This document shows positions 16,223 through 25,203 of a stretch of 64,000 nucleotides of DNA, in pieces. How positions within the stretch are numbered: position 1 is the stretch's first letter; every line of letters starts with the position of its first letter. The notes under the pieces were generated by a model that saw nothing but the letters and a program-made list of their open reading frames with translations, searched no databases and was not told where the DNA came from. Location of the stretch: the sequence record MN988561.1. One strand, 5' to 3'. The position numbers and the translations under genes are program-made.

Positions 16223-16379
16223 GTACCGTTGCGAATGATATGAATACATCGCTGTAGAACCGACGTCGTAAGACATGCTAGTTCAAGTCTAGCTCTCCGT
16301 CCCAATACTATGACGGAGATGGTGAAATTGGTAGACACATCGGTAGATAAATCTTCATATCGGCTTACAATCTCGGTAT
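16223..16379 (+). ncRNA. Y-RNA-like unit 7 (near-complete permuted Leu-type tRNA)
   Basis: GTACCG/CGGTAT stem; CTGTAGA-ACCGA, long variable arm, T arm, TCTCCGT-C-CCA, ACGGAGA, Leu-type D arm, TCGGT. Confidence 0.85.
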
Positions 16380-16388
16380 ATCTTAGAC

Positions 16389-16413
16389 GCTATGTTGCGA
16401 TAGTCCTCATAGC
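16389..16413 (+). promoter_or_regulatory. mini GTTGCGA hairpin in the Ro60 gene leader
   Basis: GCTATG-TTGCGA-TAGTCCT-CATAGC; ends 20 nt before the ATG. Confidence 0.5.
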
Positions 16414-16433
16414 ATTATCATAGGGAAAATGTC

Positions 16434-18002
16434 ATGGCTTCGATCAATAATAAGTCAGTTGCTAATCTTGCACGTACGGTTGCTCCTAAGGCAGTTGTAG
16501 CACCTCGTACATTCACTGGTTTATCTCATAACATTCGTAACAATAATGGTGCGATGGCGTATGATATCACTCCTATCGAGCAATTGAGACGTACTGTTCT
16601 CTCTTGCATGCTCTGGGAGGATTCTGCATATGAGTCTGGTGAACAGATTGCTAATCGTATTGAAAGATTGATCGGAGAGTGTGATCCCTCTGATGTAGCA
16701 CATCTTGCTCGTGAAGCAAGACATATCATGAAGCTACGTCATGTTCCTCTCTTTATGTGCATCACGATGCTGAAGTATCCCGAACATAAGAAATATGTTC
16801 GTAAGACACTCGCATCAGTTATTGAGCGTCCTGATGAGCTTGGTCAAGCTCTCGCTCTCTACTGGAAGGATGCTCTTTCTCCTGCTCGTACTACTGAAGA
16901 TACTGAAATCGGACCTCGAGTTACTTACGTTTCTCAGAGAAAGTCTGATCTGAATCTTCCTCTCCAACTACGTAGAGGTCTTGAAGATGCTCTACAGAAG
17001 TTTGACTCTTATCAGTTGAAGAAGTACCTTATGAAGGACAAGCCTGTCTCTATGGCTGACATTCTTCGTATCGTCCACCCTAAGGGTAAGACTGATGAGA
17101 TCAAAGCTACCTATGGCGAAATCGTCAAGGGTACTGCTACTGCACCTGATACATGGGAGTCTCGTCTCTCATCTTCTGGTAGATCTGAGAAAGCTACAAT
17201 CTTCACAGATATGCTCGAACGTAACAAATTAGGTGCAATGGCTCTACTGAAGAATCTGCGTGGTATGACTGAGGCTGGTGTTGATACCAATCTTATTAAT
17301 ACTGCGATTCAGAAGATGAATACTGAACGTGTTCTTCCTTTCAGATTCCTCACAGCTGCTCGTCATGCTCCTCAGTTCAAGTCTAGTCTCGGTGAGGCTA
17401 TGCTAAAATCTCTGAAGGACATTCAGAATCTGCCTGGTCATACAGTACTACTGATTGACATCTCAGGTAGTATGGGTGGACGTATTTCAGGTAAGTCTGA
17501 TCTGAGACGTATTGATGCTGCAGCTGCTATTGCTATCATGTTGAAGGAAATTTGTCAGTCTTCTGATATGTTTGTCTTCAATTATGGTACGTATCAAGTA
17601 CGTAACGATAACGTCTTCTGCGTGAATCAACCTACTGCTAACAATCACGGATACTCCAGGATTGTTGAGAGTACGAGGATCTACAATTACGAAGAAGATG
17701 CTGTAGTGAAGAGAGGATTTGATCTATCAGATCTTATCGTCAATTCAGTAGTTGGTGGAACTGATCTCCAGCAAGCTGTCAGTTACATCAATAATACTGT
17801 AGAGTATGATCGTATGATTATCTTTACAGATGACGAATCATCTACTGTTCCGCCAGCTCCTAGAGGTCTTTCCTATTCGATCAATGTATCGACTGGAAAC
17901 TATGGAGTGACGTACGGTGATTATGTCCACATCAACGGATTCTCTGAAGGTGTGATCGGCTATGTCACTGAGTACGACAAGTACGTGAAGAGTCAGAATT
18001 AA
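16434..18002 (+). CDS. rsr: Ro60/TROVE domain RNA-binding protein (TROVE + vWA)
   Basis: LRHVPL, IERPDEL, PDTWESRLSS, LGAMALLKNLRGM, RVLPFRFLTAA and LIDISGSM motifs typical of Ro60 orthologues. Confidence 0.93.
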   Translation: MASINNKSVANLARTVAPKAVVAPRTFTGLSHNIRNNNGAMAYDITPIEQLRRTVLSCMLWEDSAYESGEQIANRIERLIGECDPSDVAHLAREARHIMKLRHVPLFMCITMLKYPEHKKYVRKTLASVIERPDELGQALALYWKDALSPARTTEDTEIGPRVTYVSQRKSDLNLPLQLRRGLEDALQKFDSYQLKKYLMKDKPVSMADILRIVHPKGKTDEIKATYGEIVKGTATAPDTWESRLSSSGRSEKATIFTDMLERNKLGAMALLKNLRGMTEAGVDTNLINTAIQKMNTERVLPFRFLTAARHAPQFKSSLGEAMLKSLKDIQNLPGHTVLLIDISGSMGGRISGKSDLRRIDAAAAIAIMLKEICQSSDMFVFNYGTYQVRNDNVFCVNQPTANNHGYSRIVESTRIYNYEEDAVVKRGFDLSDLIVNSVVGGTDLQQAVSYINNTVEYDRMIIFTDDESSTVPPAPRGLSYSINVSTGNYGVTYGDYVHINGFSEGVIGYVTEYDKYVKSQN

Positions 18003-18050
18003 GTAGTGAGAATTGGGAGTGAAATACCTCCCAATTCCATTTATCTAAAT

Positions 18051-18134
18051 GCCCACTTGATGGAATTGGTAGACATAAGGCACTTAAAATGCCTAGCTTA
18101 ATGCGTACCGGTTCGAGTCCGGTAGTGGGTACCA
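18051..18134 (+). tRNA. tRNA-Leu (UAA)
   Basis: Cloverleaf, ctTAAaa loop, CCA end. Confidence 0.95.
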
Positions 18135-18398
18135 TCAAACTCAACCCCAAAATCACCTAGCCAAACTCATTATAAATCATAGGCTTCATGAAGAGACCGA
18201 TGTATCAGATAAGCTGACAAGCTATCTTGATTTCGTAGAAGGGATTCTCAACATGCCTAGTCTTGACTTTGCACAGATAGTACCTGTTGAAGCGACTATT
18301 CTGAAAATTGTAGTCATGCCAAAGGATGGGACTTGTTCAGTCTGGTATAGTATTCGCAACACTGTACATAAGACTGATCTAATCAGAGAAGAAGACAA

Positions 18399-18650
18399 AT
18401 GGACGAGAGTAGTAACAGTACATTAGATGAGTTAGATATCCGTATCTGGATTGCCCTATCTAACTTAAAAAGTGCTGTTAATGCTAAAATGAAAGATAGA
18501 GGTATATCAAACTATCTTGTTGATCTGAACCTTAAGATCAGCGAACGAGATATTTTGACAGACGGAAAATTTCACTCTGAATTTCCCATACCTGACTACA
18601 AAGATATTGATCCTCAAATCCTGAGCGTTTACATGAGCGAGGATCGTTAG
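18399..18650 (+). CDS. hypothetical protein (83 aa)
   Basis: ORF followed by a terminator. Confidence 0.55.
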   Translation: MDESSNSTLDELDIRIWIALSNLKSAVNAKMKDRGISNYLVDLNLKISERDILTDGKFHSEFPIPDYKDIDPQILSVYMSEDR

Positions 18651-18678
18651 TCAATTAGTCAATGTATTGTAATGAATT

Positions 18679-18729
18679 AGCCTAGTTAATATTGATTCTT
18701 CGAATTAGTATTAACTAGGCTTTCTTTTT
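18679..18729 (+). terminator. intrinsic terminator
   Basis: Stem of about 19 bp followed by TTCTTTTT. Confidence 0.75.
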
Positions 18730-18798
18730 GTCCGATAGGTTCAGTTACGCATTATAAGGGATTCTTTCTTGAAGAAGGTTCCCTCTTGGAGAAGTTAG

Positions 18799-20697
18799 AT
18801 GCTAGAATTTGCAGGTAAGTATGAAGATCTGAAGGGTATCGTACCCTCGTCTGTTCATACGATTGAGGATCTGGAGAATCAGGTCATCGCATGGGCTAAG
18901 GCCTATTACGAGAAAGAATCAGAGTTGATTTCTGATGAAGAATTCAATCTCGTTACAGAATATATTGCAGAATTCTATCCTAATAGTCTCGTCTTGAAGA
19001 CTGGATGGGGCTATAGACCTGAAGCTACCGACCATCTTCAGGAGTATCCTCACAAGATTCACGCTGGATCTCTTGCTAAGATCAAGTATGCGGACGTTAA
19101 GTCTGGTAATACGACTTATGATCCTCTATTACGATTCTCTTTGATGCCTAAGGGTGATGGAGGTAGTGTCGTTGCATACTACCACGAAGGCCTCCTGGAA
19201 AGAGCTTTGTCTCGAGGAGATGGAAATGTAGGTCTCGACATCACGAAGAATCTGGTAGCATCTGGATCTCTTCCTACCAAGATCGAGAACAAGAATATCG
19301 AATGGGTACGAGCAGAGTTGATGCTTACCTGGACTGACTATGAAGCTATCGGAGGTAAGCATCCTCGTAACAAGGCAGTAGGACTTAGTCAGTCTGAGAA
19401 TGCTGATCCTGAAGAACTAGCATGCTTGAAGTTCGTAGCTTATCAGTCTAATCTAGACTTCGACTTCGGTATGGAATTGACTCTTCTCAGGAATCTTGGA
19501 TTCACAACTGTCAATCATGTCGAGATGAACTGGTCTGAATTCCTTCAGAAGATTGACGATCAAGTATTCCTAAAGTTATTGAATGAAGATTATCCAACGG
19601 ATGGTCTTGTCCTTCGATTCAGTGACGATGCTGCAATCGCATTCAAGTTTCCTGATGAACGAGTTAAGACTAAGATCAAAGACATTGAATGGAATCTGTC
19701 GAGAACTGGTCGTATGGTTCCTAAGGCAATCCTGGAACCTGTCAATCTAGCAGGAGCTACGATTTCCAGAGCGACCTTGAACAACTATGAGTACTTGACT
19801 GAACTAGGATGCGGTCCAGGATCTGAAGTTGAGATCATTCGATCTAATCTGATTATCCCTAAGATTGTGAAGGTTCTGAATAAGGAACCTGCGAGACGAC
19901 CACTTGTATGCAATAGATGCTATGAGGTATTGGAGGTCGTAAAGACTGATTTGATGTGCGTCAATGAAATGTGCGCATGTCGAGTTATGTCGTCAGTCAA
20001 TCGTCTCTTTTCATTGACGAAACCTGACGGTATCGGTGGTAGTGCTTGTACGACTCTCGTTAATGGTCTTGCAATCGATAGTTGGGAGACTGCTAAGTCA
20101 AGACTCATAGATCAAGACGTAACTGGTTTGGATAAGATCTTCGGTACAAAGACTGAGACTAAGATTCAGGAAATGATCTCGAAGATCAAGAGTCTGAATC
20201 AGATAATCACTGTCAAAGGTGCACTTTATCTCGCGAATATTCCTAAGCTTGGTAATTCGAGTACAGGACCTATCGCTGAGAATGTCTCAGTGGATGAATT
20301 CTTGACTGCTATTCGTGAAGATGAGATTCCTGTTTCATGGAAGCAGTACTGTGCATCTGAACCTGCATTCAACAATCTTCGTAAGTCGATTCAACGAATT
20401 CGACTGATATTAGACTTCCTTAATTGGAAGGTCAATGCTGTAGTGAAAGTTGAGAAAGTAGAAACTCGTCTGAAGTACTGCATGACAGGAACATTTAGTA
20501 AGAAGAGATCTGAGCTACAAACTGAGTTCTCTAAGTTAGGTCTTGAATTCGTCGATGTCAAGAAAGCTCAAGTCTTGATGTGGGATGGAGAAGATCAGAA
20601 GAATAAGTATCATACTGCCAAGAAGCTCGGGATTGAGATTATCTCCGAGAAGGAATTCAGAAGTCGATATGTCCAATCAGAAGAAGCCATCGTATAA
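18799..20697 (+). CDS. ligA: NAD-dependent DNA ligase
   Basis: PKGDG (KxDG), PTDGLV, AIAFKF, WNLSRTGRMVP, ISRATLNN, Zn-finger cysteines and C-terminal BRCT. Confidence 0.93.
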   Translation: MLEFAGKYEDLKGIVPSSVHTIEDLENQVIAWAKAYYEKESELISDEEFNLVTEYIAEFYPNSLVLKTGWGYRPEATDHLQEYPHKIHAGSLAKIKYADVKSGNTTYDPLLRFSLMPKGDGGSVVAYYHEGLLERALSRGDGNVGLDITKNLVASGSLPTKIENKNIEWVRAELMLTWTDYEAIGGKHPRNKAVGLSQSENADPEELACLKFVAYQSNLDFDFGMELTLLRNLGFTTVNHVEMNWSEFLQKIDDQVFLKLLNEDYPTDGLVLRFSDDAAIAFKFPDERVKTKIKDIEWNLSRTGRMVPKAILEPVNLAGATISRATLNNYEYLTELGCGPGSEVEIIRSNLIIPKIVKVLNKEPARRPLVCNRCYEVLEVVKTDLMCVNEMCACRVMSSVNRLFSLTKPDGIGGSACTTLVNGLAIDSWETAKSRLIDQDVTGLDKIFGTKTETKIQEMISKIKSLNQIITVKGALYLANIPKLGNSSTGPIAENVSVDEFLTAIREDEIPVSWKQYCASEPAFNNLRKSIQRIRLILDFLNWKVNAVVKVEKVETRLKYCMTGTFSKKRSELQTEFSKLGLEFVDVKKAQVLMWDGEDQKNKYHTAKKLGIEIISEKEFRSRYVQSEEAIV

Positions 20698-21613
20698 AAA
20701 GACTTATGAGATTCTAGATCCTAATGATCCTCCTACTCTAGCTAAAGAGACGGAGGATCATTATGTATTCTATTGTCCTAATTGTGTTGAGAAAAGAGGA
20801 AAGCCTGACAAAGATGGTAGGCTTTATTGGAGTAAGCCTAAGCAGGTAGGCTACTGCTTCAAATGCGTCACTTCATTCTTTCCTGCAGCAGATGAAAATC
20901 TGACTCCTGAGGAGAATGAGCTCTTCCATATGATTGGACGAACTCTTTCAAAGATGGATAAAGACGAGTCAATCGTTGATCCTCCACCTATGGACTTCTC
21001 ATTCGATGCCCTGGATTACGATCTTCTTACTTATTTGAAGAATCGTAATCCATTTTTGCCGTCTCTAGTGAAATTGCTCGGATGTAGAGCGTGGTATGGC
21101 AAGATTAATGGCGTAGCATTTCCATTTATCTACAAAGATTACGTAGGTAAATTCCAGGTCCGATTTGATACCAAGATCAAGGATAAGAGATATTATACAT
21201 CTCCTGGCAAGGACAAGCTACCGTACTCTCCTACAGGTCTGTTCACTGACTTCAAGTTGAGAGATGAACCTACAATCACAATCTGTGAAGGTGTATTCGA
21301 TGCTATTGCATTGATGATTCTTGGTTATCCTAATCCAATAGCTGTTCTAGGTAAGACATTGACAGCATTCCAAATCAGACTGTTGAGAACTATGATGCCT
21401 TCTAATGCATTCGTAGTAATGGATGATTGGGAGATCTCAAAGGCTATTAAAGGTCAGTTGATGAGCAATGTAATCTCAATGGAAGATGTTCGAATCGTTT
21501 CATACGGTGACGACGTTGATCCTGAAGAGTACCTAGTTGAAGAGATTAAGGATCCTGAGAAATTCAAAGTATACGCTAGTAATGTCGCAGAGATTATCAA
21601 AACGTATTCATAA
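20669..21613 (+). CDS. DNA primase (Zn finger + TOPRIM)
   Basis: CPNC...CFKC; ICEGVFDAI, AVLGK, MDD, DVDPEE. The start was moved to MSNQKK. Confidence 0.85.
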   Translation: MSNQKKPSYKKTYEILDPNDPPTLAKETEDHYVFYCPNCVEKRGKPDKDGRLYWSKPKQVGYCFKCVTSFFPAADENLTPEENELFHMIGRTLSKMDKDESIVDPPPMDFSFDALDYDLLTYLKNRNPFLPSLVKLLGCRAWYGKINGVAFPFIYKDYVGKFQVRFDTKIKDKRYYTSPGKDKLPYSPTGLFTDFKLRDEPTITICEGVFDAIALMILGYPNPIAVLGKTLTAFQIRLLRTMMPSNAFVVMDDWEISKAIKGQLMSNVISMEDVRIVSYGDDVDPEEYLVEEIKDPEKFKVYASNVAEIIKTYS

Positions 21614-22317
21614 TGAAATTCAATATTGTTGAAATGCAAATTGATGGATATCTTCGGAAAGGCTCACTTCTTCTGACTAAAGAAGATCTGAAGATCCATA
21701 TTCCTCGTAAGAAACGAGATCATTATATCGGTATCTCGACTATCACAGGATGTGGTAGAATGCTATGGATGAATTATTTTCATCCAGAACTCATTAAGTG
21801 GCCTGATAATTCCAATAATGATCATAAGAGTGCAAGAATATTTGATTACGGTCATATCGTTGAAGACATTGTCGTTCAATGTCTTCTTCTAGGTGGAGCT
21901 GAGATCACAGGAACTCAAGATCGATACTCAGACTTTGGTGGAGTATTCAAAGGTCACTCAGATGGTATTATCAACGGGAAGCTCGTTGGTGAAATCAAGT
22001 CAATGAACGAAGACTCATTTAATGACTGGATAGAACGAGGTACTCGTAAGTCTAAGTGGGGATATTATGTTCAGACTTTGATGTACGAATACTACTCCAA
22101 AACGTATGATGGAGTACTCATCTCGGCTAACAAGAATCGTGCCATCATGAAGTGCGAACACATTCCCTATGACGAAGAAGTAGTCAATTTTCATCTAGAG
22201 AAAGCTAAGAATATCGCTGAAGCTAAAAGCATGTGGCATATCGAGAAAGAATTCATTGAACAAGATATCGATAAGTGCACATTCTGTCCTCTGAGGAAAG
22301 CTTGTCATGGTTACTAA
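21613..22317 (+). CDS. Cas4-like PD-(D/E)XK exonuclease
   Basis: GCGR, GHSDG..GEIKS, YVQTLMY and C-terminal CTFCPLRKAC. Confidence 0.8.
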   Translation: MKFNIVEMQIDGYLRKGSLLLTKEDLKIHIPRKKRDHYIGISTITGCGRMLWMNYFHPELIKWPDNSNNDHKSARIFDYGHIVEDIVVQCLLLGGAEITGTQDRYSDFGGVFKGHSDGIINGKLVGEIKSMNEDSFNDWIERGTRKSKWGYYVQTLMYEYYSKTYDGVLISANKNRAIMKCEHIPYDEEVVNFHLEKAKNIAEAKSMWHIEKEFIEQDIDKCTFCPLRKACHGY

Positions 22318-22612
22318 AGTAGTCAATATGCACAAAGATCGTCATTTTGATATCGATATCACACGCAATGGAATGTATGGCAACCCATTTATTCTTGGTA
22401 AAGATGGTGATCGAGTAAATGTAATTAACAAATTTAGAGACTGGATCAAAGGTATTAGTTGTCAAGAAGTGGAGCCAATTCGACGTAGAAGCATAGTTGA
22501 AAGCCTTCCTTCTATGAAGGATAAGGTACTAGGATGTGTATGTGCTCCTAATCCTTGTCATGGTGATGTTTATGTGGATTTCATTGAAGGAGTTGAAGAG
22601 ATAATATGTTGA
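22307..22612 (+). CDS. DUF4326-like protein
   Basis: KVVN..K, YGNPF, LGCVCAPNPCHGDV. Confidence 0.8.
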   Translation: MVTKVVNMHKDRHFDIDITRNGMYGNPFILGKDGDRVNVINKFRDWIKGISCQEVEPIRRRSIVESLPSMKDKVLGCVCAPNPCHGDVYVDFIEGVEEIIC

Positions 22613-23109
22613 AATGGCGTAAGAGATTTCTTAGGTTGGCTAGAGAGGTCGCATCCTGGAGTAAAGATCCTTCGACAAAAGTTGGATGTGTAGTAGTCGA
22701 CCCTAAGACTAAGAAGATTATCTCACTCTCATACAATGGATTTCCTCGCAATCATCCTGACGATGAAGAGTTGTACAAAGACCGACAGTATAAGCTTGAT
22801 AATATTATCCATGCAGAGATGAATTCGGTCATCGGTAATGATGTCAACGGGATGGATTTATATGTCTGGCCATTCTTCTGTTGTTCAAATTGTGCTAAAC
22901 ATGTAGTTCAATCAGGTATTAAGATGGTATGTTCATCTAATCTTACACCTGAAAGATGGATAGATGATCTTAACAAATCTAAGAGTATATTTGAAACTAG
23001 TGAAGTTGAATATATTATCTTCAAAGATAAATTCCTAGATATGTCCGAAGATGAAATAGAAATCGAAGTCATAGTAGATGAAGGTTATATTAAACCTGCA
23101 AGTTGGTAA
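22606..23109 (+). CDS. dCMP deaminase
   Basis: SWSKDPSTKVG, YNGFPR, HAEMN, CCSNC. Confidence 0.9.
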   Translation: MLKWRKRFLRLAREVASWSKDPSTKVGCVVVDPKTKKIISLSYNGFPRNHPDDEELYKDRQYKLDNIIHAEMNSVIGNDVNGMDLYVWPFFCCSNCAKHVVQSGIKMVCSSNLTPERWIDDLNKSKSIFETSEVEYIIFKDKFLDMSEDEIEIEVIVDEGYIKPASW

Positions 23110-23111
23110 TA

Positions 23112-24824
23112 ATGGCATCTCGTAGAATTTACAGTCAGCAAGAAATTGATAAGATTACTCCAATGGTCTGGAGGGAGATTGATAAACAATTTCCTTTCGA
23201 TAGTGCTCGTTCAGGTCAGAAAGATCTGATTTTCAGAATTGTTAAAGCTTATATGGAAGGCAAGAAGTACTTCATTCTTGAAGCTCCTACTGGTACAGGT
23301 AAGTCAGTTATTGGTACAACTGCTGCAAAAGTGATTTCAGCACTATTCACTCTAGAAGCAGAAGACGATAAGAAGGCTCCTCCTAGCAATAGTTGTGTAT
23401 GTACTAAGACGAAAGCACTTCAGAAACAGTACTCTGACTCCTTTCCAGATATCGTTACACTCTGGTCAAAGACAGGATATCCTTGTAACCTAGAACCGTA
23501 CAATCCGGATGCTTATTACGGATCGTATACATGTTCCAAGAAGTACTGCAAGCTATTCAATGAATGTAATTTCAGAGTAGCTCGTGAGAAGTTTAACAGT
23601 GCTAGTACTGGTACACTCAACTATGCGTACTACTTGAATTTTCGTCATTATCGATCAAAAGTACTAGTGCTTGACGAATGCCATACACTAGAGCAAGTTC
23701 TATGCAATCACCTGAGTGTTAAGTTCAATGTAGAATTCACTCATCGTACTCTACAAGTTATGCTTAAGTACGATTTGATATCCTCTGAACTAGCTTCTAA
23801 ACTTTATGCACTGCTGACTAATGCGATTTCTATCAAGGATACAATGCCGAGATGGTTTCTTGTTATGAAGTCGATCATTCAAGCTATGAAGCCTATTGTA
23901 TCCCTGATGGTATCGAATTTTAATAGTCTTCAGGATGAAATTGATATGGGTAACTATACAATTGATCCTACGGCTAAGAAGAATCTGTACCATCATGCTG
24001 GTTTAGTGAATACTCTAGAAGGTAAGTTACAGAAGCTACTTCATTCTTCTGTTGAATGGGTTATTTCTGAACGTAAGGACAATGACTTCATTGAATTGAA
24101 GCCTGTGGAATTGCATGAAGAGGCACATATTCTATTCAATAGATGTGAGTTCGCAATCTTAATGTCTGCTACGATCTGTGGTATTCAAGTCTTCGCAGAG
24201 AATCTTGGCATCAAGTTACATGAGTATTCATCAACTCAGTTGAATTCTACTGTACCTATTGAGAATCGTCGAGTATATTCTGTTGGACTACCTTCATTCT
24301 CTCGTGAAACTAAAGAAGAAGTATTTCCACTTTATGTCCATGTTATGGACGAGTTGATTAGTCAATTTGCACCTAATGATCGAGGAATCATTCATAGTGT
24401 ATCTTACGATAATGCGAGATTTATCGTTGATAATTCTAAGCATTCTCACCGTATGAAGATTCCTGAATCTTACGAATTGATGCATATCAAAGACTATATG
24501 TCAATGGAAGATGATCGTATTATCGTGACTCCTGCAGCAATCGAAGGTCTTGATCTTGAAGGTGATCTATCCAGATTTCAAGCATTCTTGAAAGTACCTT
24601 ATCCATATCTTGGAGACAAGTGGGTAGCTCGTAAGAAAGAAATCAGTAATGATTGGTACCTGCGAGAGACTATCTCAGCTATCGTACAAGGTGCTGGACG
24701 AAGCGTTCGTGGTGGTGATGATTATGCTACCACTTTTATTATGGATAGTAATTTTGATCGCTTAACTTATCGAGGAGATTTGATTCCTCAATGGTTCAGT
24801 GAAGCTATTGTTAAATTAGGTTAA
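23112..24824 (+). CDS. DinG/XPD-family SF2 helicase
   Basis: EAPTGTGKS, LDECH, MSAT, EGLDLEG, KVPYP, QGAGRSVR; Fe-S-type Cys cluster. Confidence 0.88.
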   Translation: MASRRIYSQQEIDKITPMVWREIDKQFPFDSARSGQKDLIFRIVKAYMEGKKYFILEAPTGTGKSVIGTTAAKVISALFTLEAEDDKKAPPSNSCVCTKTKALQKQYSDSFPDIVTLWSKTGYPCNLEPYNPDAYYGSYTCSKKYCKLFNECNFRVAREKFNSASTGTLNYAYYLNFRHYRSKVLVLDECHTLEQVLCNHLSVKFNVEFTHRTLQVMLKYDLISSELASKLYALLTNAISIKDTMPRWFLVMKSIIQAMKPIVSLMVSNFNSLQDEIDMGNYTIDPTAKKNLYHHAGLVNTLEGKLQKLLHSSVEWVISERKDNDFIELKPVELHEEAHILFNRCEFAILMSATICGIQVFAENLGIKLHEYSSTQLNSTVPIENRRVYSVGLPSFSRETKEEVFPLYVHVMDELISQFAPNDRGIIHSVSYDNARFIVDNSKHSHRMKIPESYELMHIKDYMSMEDDRIIVTPAAIEGLDLEGDLSRFQAFLKVPYPYLGDKWVARKKEISNDWYLRETISAIVQGAGRSVRGGDDYATTFIMDSNFDRLTYRGDLIPQWFSEAIVKLG

Positions 24825-24826
24825 TT

Positions 24827-25135
24827 ATGAGCAAATATCGTACAGTACATACTCTCAAAACGCTTGCACCATTCTACTATGCTGTAATGGGTGGTGAGAA
24901 GACATTTGAGATTCGTAAGAATGACCGACAATTTCAGAAGGGTGATCTTCTAGTCCTTGATCTTTACGAACCAGATGCTCAAACAAAGAATAGTGTGATT
25001 AGACCAGTATCTATTTACTGTGAAGTAACTTGGGTACTCGCTGGAGGTCAATTTGGTATTGAGCCAGGATATGCAGGACTAGCTATTCGTAATCTTGTTT
25101 TGCAGGAATTCAACGAATTAAGAGGTCCTTTCTGA
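24827..25135 (+). CDS. DUF3850 / ASCH-like protein
   Basis: HTLKTLAPFYYAVMGGEKTFEIRKNDRQFQKGD. Confidence 0.8.
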   Translation: MSKYRTVHTLKTLAPFYYAVMGGEKTFEIRKNDRQFQKGDLLVLDLYEPDAQTKNSVIRPVSIYCEVTWVLAGGQFGIEPGYAGLAIRNLVLQEFNELRGPF

Positions 25136-25143
25136 TATTATTC

Positions 25144-25171
25144 AGCGAATCTGACGTCTAAAAGCCTTCCT
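25144..25171 (+). promoter_or_regulatory. bipartite motif copy 5
   Basis: TTC-AGCGAA-tctgacgtctaaa-AGCCTTCCT; ends 32 nt upstream of the HD gene. Confidence 0.6.
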
Positions 25172-25203
25172 TTCTACGACCCCTTAGATGAGATCGATAC
25201 TTT

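Noticed and set aside
15252-16379. Calling the units ordinary tRNAs or tRNA pseudogenes
   Set aside because: T arms precede D arms, acceptor stems are looped, and the shared flanking motif is not tRNA-derived.
15252-16413. Regularly spaced GTTGCGA repeats read as a CRISPR array (a Cas4-like gene is nearby)
   Set aside because: The invariant part is only 7 nt, the intervening segments are structured tRNA modules closed by long-range stems, and there are no other cas genes.
5083-18156. ORF-track entries that start in or run antisense through tRNAs (5083 and 13944 extensions, 7623, 14272, 15088, 17965)
   Set aside because: They are tRNA sequence read as protein.
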